Origin: Promethearchaeum syntrophicum
GTDB lineage: Archaea > Asgardarchaeota > Lokiarchaeia > Sigyniarchaeales > Promethearchaeaceae
Assembly: GCF_008000775.2 (NCBI RefSeq)
Contig: NZ_CP042905.2
Location: forward strand, 3,240,001 to 3,272,000
DNA length: 32,000 nucleotides
Direction of reading: 5' to 3'
Under the pieces are notes generated by a model, which was not told the origin of the DNA, did no database searches, and saw only the letters and a list, made by a program, of their open reading frames with translations. The position numbers and the translations under genes were made by a program. This document shows, piece by piece, positions 17,450 to 27,500 of the stretch (positions are counted from its first letter, which is position 1; the number at the start of each line of letters is the position of its first letter).

Positions 17450-18175
17450 ATGAGAGATTTCTTTTGTTTTGATTTAGGCGAAACTTTAATAAATTTTAAC
17501 AAACCCAATAAAAAATGGCATTCTTCACTAATTGGTGAAGTTCTTCCAGATATGTTTATGACATTGAATAAAATAAGTCAGGGTTTTAAGGACATATGCA
17601 CTGTTGAAGAATTTTCTACTATTGGTTATAAAATTATCTCCACAAACCGTAAATTAAGCATGATAAAACGACTCTCACTTATTTTGGATAACTATAATAT
17701 CCCAATTAAAATGGATCTAATCAATTTACTATTGGCTGATTTTTATCATAATTTAATTTCGACTGCTACTCTGTATCCCGAATCAATAAAAATTTTAAAA
17801 AAACTGCAGAATAAAGGATATGTGTTAGGATTATGGTCCAATACGCCATGGGAAAGTCCAGGATTTATGTTCGAAAAAATTATGAAACATTTCGAAATTA
17901 GAAGATATTTTTCGGTTGTTTTATTTTCGGGAGATTACGGAATCCGCAAACCAGATCCCTTAACATTCGATCTAGTTTTAAAAAAGGCTCAAGTAGATAA
18001 ATCTCGAATGATTTATATAGGAAATGCAGAAGTGGATATCAAAACTGGATCAAACTTTGGAATTCCTACGATATGGGTAAATAGAGATCAAAAGAAATTA
18101 TCTGAAAATGTTCCAACACCAGAATTTATAATTAAAGATCTTGAAGGTATTTTTGATCTGTTACCTATTAGCTAA
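17450..18175 (+). CDS. HAD-superfamily hydrolase
   Basis: FFCFDLGETL motif I, GLWSNTP motif II, RKPDPLTFDLVLKKA motif III, IYIGNAEVDIKTGSNFGIPTIWVNR motif IV. Confidence 0.85.
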   Translation: MRDFFCFDLGETLINFNKPNKKWHSSLIGEVLPDMFMTLNKISQGFKDICTVEEFSTIGYKIISTNRKLSMIKRLSLILDNYNIPIKMDLINLLLADFYHNLISTATLYPESIKILKKLQNKGYVLGLWSNTPWESPGFMFEKIMKHFEIRRYFSVVLFSGDYGIRKPDPLTFDLVLKKAQVDKSRMIYIGNAEVDIKTGSNFGIPTIWVNRDQKKLSENVPTPEFIIKDLEGIFDLLPIS

Positions 18176-18471
18176 AATTAGAAGATATTCGATAGAAATG
18201 AACAATATAGGAATCTTTTGAAGTTAAGAATTTAAAGAAGTTTTAATGGAAACAATTCCATCTCGTAAATTTAGCTTCGATTCAGTGTTCGGAAGCTTTA
18301 TTTGAAATTGTCGCCGATATGGAGAATCCAGAGACGTCTTTAATGGTTTTGATTTTTGTCGAACAAACTATTAATCCAATAATACATATTTATTAACCCG
18401 ATAATAATGATTGGAATTCTTCTTTAATCGAAAACATATTATACATCAAAGTCGAATTTAAGGATATAATA

Positions 18472-19734
18472 ATGGAAAAAATTCAACCCGTAACACAAGA
18501 ATTTTTTGGCTTCTTTAAACCAGATGCGTGTGAAAATTGTGGAGAGTGCCTGACTCACTGCCCTATTATGGATTTTACAATTGAAGAAGCAAAATCCGAG
18601 ATCCAACATTTAAAAAATGGAACACAAACAAAAAGAGTTTTATCGGAGTGTCAATCTTGTTTTACATGCAATTTTTATTGTAAAAATAATAGTAATCCCG
18701 CGAGTTTAATACTGCAGAGATGGAATGAACAATATAAAAAGGAAGGATTAAAAATACGGGGAAAATACTATATGACTCTGTATCCAAATTATCCAAACTT
18801 TAGAACGTACGGCATCGATAGAATGACCGAACAAGAAACCCAGATATTAAAAAAATGGGCAAGTTTAGAGCCTTTAAAGGGAGATACATTGACCTATCCT
18901 GGTTGTAATGTCATTTTAACACCCACTCTGACTCAAACCAGTTTCTTTAAGGATTTAGATATCCGAGGAAGATTGGAATATTGTTGTGGAGAGACATTAT
19001 TCCGAACGGGTTATACTGAATTATTAAAACAAGTTTCTACCAGATTAGATAAGTGGTTCAATATCTTGAAACCCAAGCACTTATTGGTACTGTGCACTGC
19101 TGGGACAAATGTGTTCAAAAATGTACTTCCGAATTATGGTCTTAAATACAAGTTCGAATCAATTACATCCTATATAGAGTGGTTATGGGATAGAATTGAA
19201 TCCAGAGAGATTAAAATTTCTCGCCCATTAGGTTTGAAAGTCACAATCCAAGATTCATGTTATTCGAAAATGTTTGGGGATGATTATATGGACATTCCTC
19301 GAAAAATTCTGAAAAAAATCGGGTGTGAAATAATTGAAGTTCCCTACAATCGCGAAAATATGCGATGTTGCGGGATTGCGGCAGGTTTTAGTGTAGATTC
19401 AGCTTATCATGCTTTAAAAATCCGTAAAGCTACATGTGATAATTTGAATGATGCCAAGAAAACTGGGGCGGATGTAGTGTGTGTATACTGTTCTGGGTGC
19501 AATCAAACTTATAATATTGCAAAAAAACTTTACCTTAAGAAATTTGATTTACCCATATTACATATAATCGAATTAATTCAAATGGCTATTGGCGAAACAC
19601 CAAAGCGATTAATAGAACGGACATCGAATAAAATTTTTTGGGGAATAATTAGCAAGCAATTTCCTCATATGTATTCTAAGAAAACTTTCAGAATTCCTCC
19701 TATTTCAGAGGACCCAGAAAAAACAGCATATTAG
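18472..19734 (+). CDS. HdrD/GlpC-like Fe-S oxidoreductase: 2x[4Fe-4S] plus two CCG domains
   Basis: CENCGECLTHCPIMDF, CQSCFTCNFYCK; first CCG domain YPGC...YCCGETLFRTG; second DSCYSK...RCCGIAAGF...YCSGCNQ. Confidence 0.88.
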   Translation: MEKIQPVTQEFFGFFKPDACENCGECLTHCPIMDFTIEEAKSEIQHLKNGTQTKRVLSECQSCFTCNFYCKNNSNPASLILQRWNEQYKKEGLKIRGKYYMTLYPNYPNFRTYGIDRMTEQETQILKKWASLEPLKGDTLTYPGCNVILTPTLTQTSFFKDLDIRGRLEYCCGETLFRTGYTELLKQVSTRLDKWFNILKPKHLLVLCTAGTNVFKNVLPNYGLKYKFESITSYIEWLWDRIESREIKISRPLGLKVTIQDSCYSKMFGDDYMDIPRKILKKIGCEIIEVPYNRENMRCCGIAAGFSVDSAYHALKIRKATCDNLNDAKKTGADVVCVYCSGCNQTYNIAKKLYLKKFDLPILHIIELIQMAIGETPKRLIERTSNKIFWGIISKQFPHMYSKKTFRIPPISEDPEKTAY

Positions 19735-19744
19735 AGGAGATAAA

Positions 19745-21121
19745 GTGATGAGCTTGAAAGAGAGAAATAAACAGGTATTTAATGTCGATAAGTGTACTTT
19801 ATGCGGAGATTGTTTTTCATTATGTCCCGAATTACACTTGCCTAAAGAGGTTGCAATTGATGAAATTAAGGCATTAATAGCAGGTGAAAATACAAAATAT
19901 GTGCTGCAACATTGTACAACTTGCTTTAGTTGTAATTTAATCTGCCAAAATGATTGTAAACCATATCAATTAATTTTAGAAAATTGGAATTCAAAATATA
20001 TCAAACAGGGAGCTCCACCGATCTATCGATTTGTTTGTCCAAGCATGAAAAGCAATATATGGCAGATGTTATATGTTTTAATGTCAAAAGAAGAAATTGG
20101 GTGGATAGAGAAATGGATGAATCAACCAAATAAAGAATCAATTTTTCTTGTTGGAAATTATACCCATATATTACCTTTTATACTTGGTGATTCTAATCTT
20201 TTAAATTATTTTACTTCTGTAGATCTACTGGATCACTGGGAATGCGGAGCATATTTGTATCAAGGTGGATATCTCGATGTAGTAAAAAGAATTGGTGAAA
20301 AATGTAAAGATGATTTTACAAAATGGGGAACAAAAAAGATTGTCACATTTCTTGATGCCCTTCATTATGTACTAACTACAACACACCCTCAAGAAATGGG
20401 AACAGAATTCACACAAAACATTATCCCCTTTAATCAATGGTTTTTAAATATGCTAGAAAAAGGAGATATTAATTTTTCGAATCAATTAAACTTGAAAATT
20501 ACGATCCACGATAATTGCTATTCAAAAGCGGGGGGATCCATGTATTGGGATCCTCCAAGAAAAATCCTAAGATTAACTGGCTGTAAAATATTGGAAATGG
20601 AACATATTCGTGGGGATTCTCTTTGTTGTGGATTTGGTGCGGGAGCCTCTTGGACAAAAAATATCCATATAGTGTTTGATATTTTAAAAGTGGCTCAAGT
20701 AAAATTGAAGGAAGCGGAAGCTACAGGTGCAGATGTGTTGGTTACCTATTGTGGAGGGTGTTTATATCTACTTTGGGCTGCACGAGAAATATTCAAGAGT
20801 AAATTGAAAATTTTCCATAGTTTTGAATTAATAAGAATGGCAACGGGTGAATCGATTGATATTTCTCAAAAAATACATAAAGAACGCGCGTGGGATATAA
20901 TCTCAATCATCACCTACCACTTATTCATTTCTCTTTTTCATAAACCATTCTATATTGAAGAAATCTCTATGGATCCAAAATCCTTGGGTTCTCGAAAATT
21001 TATTTTATTGCGAATGATGAGATGGGTTTTAGGATTAAAAATAAATCAGGCGATATTTCGAAAATTATTCATATTTTTATTACCTAAATTAAGTACTCCT
21101 CGAAAATGGGAAAAAAAATGA
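19745..21121 (+). CDS. HdrD/GlpC-like Fe-S protein, paralog with degenerate first CCG domain
   Basis: CTLCGDCFSLCPELH, CTTCFSCNLICQ; first domain has VGNYTH and HWECG where the paralog has PGCNV and YCCG; second domain intact (DNCYSK, LCCGFGAG, YCGGC). Confidence 0.85.
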   Translation: MMSLKERNKQVFNVDKCTLCGDCFSLCPELHLPKEVAIDEIKALIAGENTKYVLQHCTTCFSCNLICQNDCKPYQLILENWNSKYIKQGAPPIYRFVCPSMKSNIWQMLYVLMSKEEIGWIEKWMNQPNKESIFLVGNYTHILPFILGDSNLLNYFTSVDLLDHWECGAYLYQGGYLDVVKRIGEKCKDDFTKWGTKKIVTFLDALHYVLTTTHPQEMGTEFTQNIIPFNQWFLNMLEKGDINFSNQLNLKITIHDNCYSKAGGSMYWDPPRKILRLTGCKILEMEHIRGDSLCCGFGAGASWTKNIHIVFDILKVAQVKLKEAEATGADVLVTYCGGCLYLLWAAREIFKSKLKIFHSFELIRMATGESIDISQKIHKERAWDIISIITYHLFISLFHKPFYIEEISMDPKSLGSRKFILLRMMRWVLGLKINQAIFRKLFIFLLPKLSTPRKWEKK

Positions 21122-21510
21122 AAAAAGAAGAATTTTTAGTTTGGTTCATTAAATTCAGTGGGATTCTTGAGATATTATTTGGACTATGCATTATATTCCT
21201 GACCTCTCTGATGGACGTACTTGAACTTCCAAATTTTCCTTTTTGGGAGTGGTCATTTGGATTATCTCTGGCCTTTATGGGAGTTTTACTTTGGTATTCT
21301 GGTCGTAATTTAAAGAAATATTTAATAATTCCACTTGTCTCAATTTTCTTTAGGTTAATATTAGCAGGAATAGAGCTTTATGTGGCATTAACAGTTCCTA
21401 AAATGTTTTATTTTCTGTTAGGAGGAGCAATATATGATTTTTTTTCACCACTATTAACCATTATTCTATTAAAGCAGTTAAATTATCTTCATAAAGGAAG
21501 TTTATCTTAA
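21118..21510 (+). CDS. Small multi-pass membrane protein
   Basis: Hydrophobic segments ILEILFGLCIIFLTSL, WSFGLSLAFMGVLLWY, YLIIPLVSIFFRLILAGIELYVAL, FYFLLGGAIYDFFSPLLTIILL. ATG overlaps the upstream TGA (ATGA). Confidence 0.75.
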   Translation: MKKEEFLVWFIKFSGILEILFGLCIIFLTSLMDVLELPNFPFWEWSFGLSLAFMGVLLWYSGRNLKKYLIIPLVSIFFRLILAGIELYVALTVPKMFYFLLGGAIYDFFSPLLTIILLKQLNYLHKGSLS

Positions 21511-21610
21511 ATTCTTACAATTAATGCTTAAATTTTCTAAAATGTTTATTTTTATTGGGAGAACTCTTATTATCAAACTGATTCTATAAAATTTAAGGTG
21601 GAAAGTAATT

Positions 21611-22003
21611 ATGAAAAATACAAAATATAATCCAGATTTATGGGATGAAATCCCTTCATATGCATTTATGGCACTCGGAAGAAGAGGGCGCGAACAAATT
21701 TCGTTAAGAGAATGTTTTATCCCTTCATGTAATTCAACAGACGGGGATAAATTACACCCAATTAAAAAGGAAATCGAAACTAAACAAATTCCAGAAAAAA
21801 AGGTACAAACAATAAAAAAAAAATATTTAATTCATTGCGATGAATGCTCTCAGGATTTTCATTTAATATTTGAGCAATACGTTAATAATGATTCTGAATC
21901 TGAAAATATTGAAGGAACGGACATTATAATGGAAAAAGTTTATGCAACTGATGCAAATGATGAAGAAAATTATGGAGAAATAGGTTTCATTCAACAAAAA
22001 TAA
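21611..22003 (+). CDS. Hypothetical protein
   Basis: Intact 130-aa ORF with CX4C and CX2C (CFIPSC, CDEC), possibly metal-binding, and an acidic C-terminus. Confidence 0.55.
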   Translation: MKNTKYNPDLWDEIPSYAFMALGRRGREQISLRECFIPSCNSTDGDKLHPIKKEIETKQIPEKKVQTIKKKYLIHCDECSQDFHLIFEQYVNNDSESENIEGTDIIMEKVYATDANDEENYGEIGFIQQK

Positions 22004-22035
22004 AGCAAACTAATTTTCAAAAAGTAGGGATATTA

Positions 22036-22716
22036 TTGACAATAAATTGTGTTCTTTTTGATCTTGACAATACATTAGTAGGAATACCTGACACATGGAA
22101 TTATTTTGATACTCTTATCCAGGATGTCTTAAAAATGGACTATGACTTATCTATACCTCCAGCAGATGATAGAAATTCATTATGGCGTTCAGGAAAAGAA
22201 TTTGTTTCTATTTTAAGAAGATGGGGTGTCAGTGATCCAAATGATTTCTGGATTAAATTCGATGAGAGAGATGGAATTAAACGTAAAAAACTAATTAAAA
22301 ATGACCAATTGATTTTGTATGATGATGTCATTCCTACTTTGAAGAAACTTAACAACTTTGGAATCAAAACTGGAATTGTGAGTAATACCCCTGATTTTAT
22401 AGTTGAATACGAGCTTGCAGAATTTGATTTATCTCCTTATTTTGACACGGTATTAGGATTAGGGGATGATCAAAGCATATGTAAGCCAGAAAAAGATGGA
22501 ATTATAATGGTTTTAAAAGAATTGGAATGTTTACCATCAAATACAGTATTTATTGGGGATTCCCAAGTTGATATAATAGCTGCACAACGAGCAGAAGTAA
22601 TTCCTATATTTATTGATCGAAAGAAGAAAAAGTCAAGGAAATTAACAATAAATCCTGAAACTTATATAAGATTCACAAATTTGAATCAAATTTTTGATTT
22701 TATAGAAGAAAATTAA
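22036..22716 (+). CDS. HAD-superfamily hydrolase
   Basis: CVLFDLDNTLVG, GIVSNTP, CKPEKDGIIMVLKEL, VFIGDSQVDIIAAQRAEV. Confidence 0.88.
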   Translation: MTINCVLFDLDNTLVGIPDTWNYFDTLIQDVLKMDYDLSIPPADDRNSLWRSGKEFVSILRRWGVSDPNDFWIKFDERDGIKRKKLIKNDQLILYDDVIPTLKKLNNFGIKTGIVSNTPDFIVEYELAEFDLSPYFDTVLGLGDDQSICKPEKDGIIMVLKELECLPSNTVFIGDSQVDIIAAQRAEVIPIFIDRKKKKSRKLTINPETYIRFTNLNQIFDFIEEN

Positions 22717-22722
22717 TTTTAA

Positions 22723-22923
22723 TTAGAAATGAGGGAGTTTTCGAATCCGTAAATCGTCTCCAATTTTTTTAAATCCGAACATGCTGGTTTTATTTGATTT
22801 CGGAAATGCCAGAGCAATAGCAGCGTCCATATCGATTTCTGAGCCACCTTTTATTAATTTTTCATTAATATCGATATCTACTACTTTTAAGGACAAACGT
22901 ATAGATTCATTAAAATTATTCAT
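22723..22923 (-). CDS. Hypothetical small protein
   Basis: 66-aa ORF convergent to the HAD gene without overlap; no family recognised. Confidence 0.45.
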   Translation of the reverse strand: MNNFNESIRLSLKVVDIDINEKLIKGGSEIDMDAAIALAFPKSNKTSMFGFKKIGDDLRIRKLPHF

Positions 22924-22977
22924 TAAATTTCATTGACGCTATTTATATATTTTAAATTTTCTATTTAGATTTAAATA

Positions 22978-23745
22978 TTATTTATTTAATTGCCCAAAAT
23001 ACATTTCACAAGTATATAAGAGTTGTACTACTCCATCAACTTGGAATCTATTAAATATCTCTTTTAAATCTTTTATCAATATCGAATATTCCGCTCGTTC
23101 TTCTGTTGGAGTATATGATGATGACTGCAATCTACCTTTTATTCCCTCAAAATCAAATACTTGTATATTTTGGCAAGAAAATTCCTGAAGATCATTTGGA
23201 CCAGTGAAATTACCGAGTCGTGTAAGATCTATATTTCGATGACTCACTTGTGAGTATTCAGGAATGTGAGATTTTAATAATTTCTCATATTCGGTTGAAA
23301 AGGGAGAACCTTCTGACTTTCTAACATTCCAAACGAGAACAATATATCCATTTGGTTTGAGAATTCTCAAAAATTCTTTTTTCGTTTTTTCCAAATCAAA
23401 CCAATGGAAGGATTGAGCTGCGGTAATAATATCTATTGAATTTTCTTTTAGAGTTGTGTTCTCGGCACTTCCATTAATACTATTAAAATTAGGTTTATTC
23501 TGAAGGCTTTTTTCAGCTGCAATTCTCATTTCTTTATTGGGCTCGACAGCAAATATATTATTCTCAGTAGTGAGTAATAATCTTGAAAAAATTCCCGTTC
23601 CGGAGCCAATATCTGCAATATTTTGACCAGTTGTAAGAATGTTATTTTTTCTAAGATGATCAATAAGGTTTATCGGATAAGATGGGCGATATTTTACATA
23701 GTTTTCGACTCTATCTGAGAATCGTTTAGTTGGATCCTTCCGCAT
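22978..23745 (-). CDS. Class I SAM-dependent methyltransferase
   Basis: FSDRVENYVKYRPSYP start, motif I IADIGSGTGIFSRLLL, and IDIITAAQSFHWFDLEKTKKEFLRILKPNGYIVLVWN. Confidence 0.9.
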   Translation of the reverse strand: MRKDPTKRFSDRVENYVKYRPSYPINLIDHLRKNNILTTGQNIADIGSGTGIFSRLLLTTENNIFAVEPNKEMRIAAEKSLQNKPNFNSINGSAENTTLKENSIDIITAAQSFHWFDLEKTKKEFLRILKPNGYIVLVWNVRKSEGSPFSTEYEKLLKSHIPEYSQVSHRNIDLTRLGNFTGPNDLQEFSCQNIQVFDFEGIKGRLQSSSYTPTEERAEYSILIKDLKEIFNRFQVDGVVQLLYTCEMYFGQLNK

Positions 23746-23798
23746 TAAGTTCTTTCTGTAACCAATGAATTTAAAAATAACGCTGAAAATTTGTTTCT

Positions 23799-25661
23799 AT
23801 GGATGTTGAAATCATTTTCAAAAAAATTTATGATAATATAATGGACTTGGTTAGGAGACATCCAGAATCTTTAATATTACAGTGGTTTGAAAGCAAAAAT
23901 CTTGAACTATTATCACATTATGGCATTCTTATTGATAAAAATGCTCAGAATGACAACTTAAAGAATGAAATTCTTCTTTCGGATTTAAGTTGGGATTGTG
24001 ATTCAAATAAATTCATGACAGAAATCGGTAATTTCTTAAATACTATCGTGAACTTAAGAGATAAATTAAAGCGCTCCAATCTGGGTCAAGAATTTACCCC
24101 ATTTTATATCGTGCATCAAATAATTCAACAAATTAAAATAATAAATAATACTGTAACTCGAAAGAAAAAGAATTTAGTTATAATAGATTTTGCAGGTGGT
24201 ACTGGAAACTTTATTATTTCTATCCTTCAGGAAGAATTTATAAAAATTGAATCAAATTTTGATTTTTCACATTCAAAATCACGAATACAAAATGAAATTA
24301 CAAAAATTATAGATAAATTTCACAATCGGTTATTTGTTTTAGATATTGACCCAATTTCCTGTTATTGTATCACACTTTTTTCAATTATTATAGCACTTCA
24401 TTTTTTTTTGAGAAACAAGATCAATCTGAATCATAAATTATTAGATCAGCTACCATTAATTACTGTATTGCAGGTTAATTTTCTCAAATTACATAAATTT
24501 TATCCAGATCTTAAAGCAGATATAATTTTAGGAAATCCTCCGTATATTTTTTCACGTGATTTAGAATCTGATTTAAAACGATACCTTAAAATAGAAAAAT
24601 ATCATACTGTTAAAGGGCAATATGATTTGTCGGATGTTTTTCTCGAGCAAAGTTTGAAATTATTAAAACTTGAAGGAATTTTGAGTGTCATTATTCCCGA
24701 AACACTCTTATTTTTGGAAAATAGGAAGGTCCTAAGAAAACTCATTGTTAAAAATTCTCAAACAATAAAAATCATTCCAACTGAAAATGTTTTTGAAGGT
24801 GTTTCTGTTGAAAACATATTGCTCTTTTGTAAAAAAAACACCTCTCCCGAAAATGAATCTATTGAAATAATCTGGGAAGAAAATACCGCAGAAACATTGA
24901 TAAAGAGTGACCTTTTGGAAGACCCGAATGTATACTTAATTAAATATGATCCAATTACAATAGAAATTATAAATTGGTTAAAGAAAAATTTTCTCTCGAT
25001 TAATGAATGGAATAGAATTAACAGTGACGATAAAATTGAAATATTTCGTGGTGTTGAATTATCGAAACACGGAAGGATAATGAGATGCAATCACTGTTCT
25101 AAATGGATGCCGTTTTCAAGAAAAAGGTTATTATGCTCTCATTGTAAGAAAGAATTAAGTATTAAAAGGGAAGTAATCAACATTATTTCAGAGAAAACAA
25201 ATGCAAATTCGGAAAATGTCGTAAATTTTATTCAAAATATGTCTTTAAACGAAATTAACGCAAAAGCTACATCTCAGATCAAGTTAAACTTTGTAGGAAT
25301 AAATTATAAAGACATTTCAAAATATAGAAAAAAAAGGATAATTGTACGCCAAATACTAGCGCAAAATAAAATATGTGCAGCAATTTCACCAGAAAATGCC
25401 TTAAATTCTCAAAGTATTTATAATATTATTCTATCCAAGAAATTAGAACCATATATTATTGAATTAACTCAAATTCTAAGAACTGATATTATTTCATATT
25501 TTAATTATATGACCTTTAGCAGAGGGAAAAGATTATTTTCTCGAATTTTATTAAATAAATTGAAAGATTTGCCATGGATCCCCCGAAATCTGAATTTTAA
25601 AAACATTTCAAATATATCTAATAATTTTAAATCAGAAATTGAGAAGGTGATTTCGAGTTGA
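23799..25661 (+). CDS. N6-adenine DNA methyltransferase (type II/IIG-like) with zinc-ribbon and target-recognition-like C-terminus
   Basis: LGQEFTPFYIVHQII; motif I VIIDFAGGTGNFIISIL; motif IV ADIILGNPPYIFSRD; zinc ribbon CNHCSKWMPFSRKRLLCSHC; TRD-like region KKRIIVRQILAQNKICAAISPENALNSQSIYNIIL. Confidence 0.88.
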   Translation: MDVEIIFKKIYDNIMDLVRRHPESLILQWFESKNLELLSHYGILIDKNAQNDNLKNEILLSDLSWDCDSNKFMTEIGNFLNTIVNLRDKLKRSNLGQEFTPFYIVHQIIQQIKIINNTVTRKKKNLVIIDFAGGTGNFIISILQEEFIKIESNFDFSHSKSRIQNEITKIIDKFHNRLFVLDIDPISCYCITLFSIIIALHFFLRNKINLNHKLLDQLPLITVLQVNFLKLHKFYPDLKADIILGNPPYIFSRDLESDLKRYLKIEKYHTVKGQYDLSDVFLEQSLKLLKLEGILSVIIPETLLFLENRKVLRKLIVKNSQTIKIIPTENVFEGVSVENILLFCKKNTSPENESIEIIWEENTAETLIKSDLLEDPNVYLIKYDPITIEIINWLKKNFLSINEWNRINSDDKIEIFRGVELSKHGRIMRCNHCSKWMPFSRKRLLCSHCKKELSIKREVINIISEKTNANSENVVNFIQNMSLNEINAKATSQIKLNFVGINYKDISKYRKKRIIVRQILAQNKICAAISPENALNSQSIYNIILSKKLEPYIIELTQILRTDIISYFNYMTFSRGKRLFSRILLNKLKDLPWIPRNLNFKNISNISNNFKSEIEKVISS

Positions 25662-27406
25662 AAAAAGAACCAGAAATCACGAAACATCATCCAAATCAGC
25701 AAGAATTAGGGACTTATTTTACTCCAACACCAGTGGCAGAATGGATATCATCCAGAGTCTTAGAGAGGCTATTTGTAAAACTAAAGGGAAATAGAAATAT
25801 TAAGATTTATGATCCAACAATTGGTGAAGGGGTATTTTTAACTGCTATTGTTAATAATTTAGAAAAATTGTTCATTAAAAAGCCTCAAACATTCGCAAAA
25901 ATTGAAAGGATTCAACTTTTTGGGTCTGATTTACAGAAAAAATATATTGATTTTTGCCTAAAATCAATAACAAAACTTATCTCAGAAAAATCTGGAATTA
26001 AATATGCTGTACCAAAAATTCTCAAAGCAGATGGATTCATAGAACTTTTAGATCACCCAAGAAATTATGATATCATTTTAGGAAATCCACCTTATATTCG
26101 CCAAGAAGCACTATCTATCAAACTAAAATCCAAGCTTAGAACTTCAATATCTTTGATTTATCCCGATTTTCAGGAAAAGATATCAAAACAAGCCGATTAT
26201 TATATATTTTTCATAATGGCCGGATATAGTGCTCTGAAATTGAACGGAATATTAGCGTTTGTAGTTTCTACAAGCTGGATGAATTCAAAATTTGGAAAAA
26301 ATTTCCGCAAATTCCTGATCAATCTCCCTGCGCGAATTACATTTGCCTTCTCTCCTAAAAAACGATTAATTTCTGATGTTAAAATTAACACTATGATTAT
26401 TTTCATTCAAAAAGAAAAAACTAAACATAAAAACTTCGAAATTCAAAAATTAAAATTATCAGATAACGGAATCCTAACATTATCTTCTTCTAAAAAAGTA
26501 AAACACGAAAAATTAAATCATATTTCTAATTGGGAAACATATTTCTTTCGATTACCCGCAGAATTTTTTAATATTTACAAACTTTTTTCAGAACATCTAA
26601 TCCCCCTAAATCAAATAGCCGAAGTAAAAACTGGAATCTATACCGGATTAAATGATTTCTTTTATATAAAAAGGGATAAAAAAGAGGATAAAAAAAATCC
26701 AAGACCTGGCTCACAATTTCTTTTTAATGTCATCCGTAGTCCTAAAAAAATTAATAATTGGGAAATAACTCAAGAAAACTTATCCCATCAACTATTTATT
26801 TGTCAAAAATCTAAAGAACACCTTAAAAAACAAGATATTGAAACTTTAAATTATATTTTATGGGGAGAAATGCAATCAACACGGCTTAAACAGAAAGTTA
26901 TTACAGAAATTTCATGGCCAAATGTGCCATCTGTAATAAATAGAACTCCAGGATGGTGGAGTTTTCCCAATGTTAAACCTACAAATGTTTTTTTACGTTA
27001 TATTTACTATCAAAACTTTCTTCAACCAATTTCTACTGTCCCAATTTTCAGTGATCGCTGTTTTCATCAAATTTACCCATATAAAGGAACAAATTATAAG
27101 AGGTTATCTTTAATATTAAATTTCGCTATAACCCAATTATTTATTGAAATAAATGGGCGCAATACATTAGGACAGGGGGCTCTTAAACTAGAAACAATGT
27201 CTGCCCGTATACTTCCTACTTTAAATTGTATTAATTTAGATGTTTGGGATACAATTCCAAATTTGGATTATTCACATTTACAAGAAATTGAGATTGCAAT
27301 TTATAAATCTCTTGGAATAAGAAATCCCAAAGAGATTTATAAACAAATTAATTCCATACATCATCATTTAGTCCAAAAAAGAATAAAAAAATCAATTAAC
27401 ATCTAA
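25658..27406 (+). CDS. N6-adenine DNA methyltransferase (type II/IIG-like), second subunit or paralog
   Basis: ELGTYFTPTPVAEWISSRV; motif I IKIYDPTIGEGVFLTAIV; motif IV YDIILGNPPYIRQEAL; TRD-like IAEVKTGIYTGLNDFFYI. TTG start overlaps the upstream TGA. Confidence 0.88.
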   Translation: MKKEPEITKHHPNQQELGTYFTPTPVAEWISSRVLERLFVKLKGNRNIKIYDPTIGEGVFLTAIVNNLEKLFIKKPQTFAKIERIQLFGSDLQKKYIDFCLKSITKLISEKSGIKYAVPKILKADGFIELLDHPRNYDIILGNPPYIRQEALSIKLKSKLRTSISLIYPDFQEKISKQADYYIFFIMAGYSALKLNGILAFVVSTSWMNSKFGKNFRKFLINLPARITFAFSPKKRLISDVKINTMIIFIQKEKTKHKNFEIQKLKLSDNGILTLSSSKKVKHEKLNHISNWETYFFRLPAEFFNIYKLFSEHLIPLNQIAEVKTGIYTGLNDFFYIKRDKKEDKKNPRPGSQFLFNVIRSPKKINNWEITQENLSHQLFICQKSKEHLKKQDIETLNYILWGEMQSTRLKQKVITEISWPNVPSVINRTPGWWSFPNVKPTNVFLRYIYYQNFLQPISTVPIFSDRCFHQIYPYKGTNYKRLSLILNFAITQLFIEINGRNTLGQGALKLETMSARILPTLNCINLDVWDTIPNLDYSHLQEIEIAIYKSLGIRNPKEIYKQINSIHHHLVQKRIKKSINI

Positions 27407-27500
27407 TTTTTGAAATTTCATTTAATCGTAATATAATCTTTTTTAGCTAACTTTGTTAATCAAACATTATCGTTATTGCGATAAAAAATGTGAAAAGAAA

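Noticed and set aside
18220-18400. Open frame between the first HAD gene and the CCG genes (...ASIQCSEALFEIVADMENPETSLMVLIFVEQTINPIIHIY*)
   Set aside because: Only ~50 codons with no proper start and no recognised family; possibly a gene remnant but unsupported.
24758-26406. Minus-strand ORFs 24758..25090, 25505..25702 and 26200..26406 within the DNA methyltransferase genes
   Set aside because: Antisense shadows of motif-rich MTase coding sequence.
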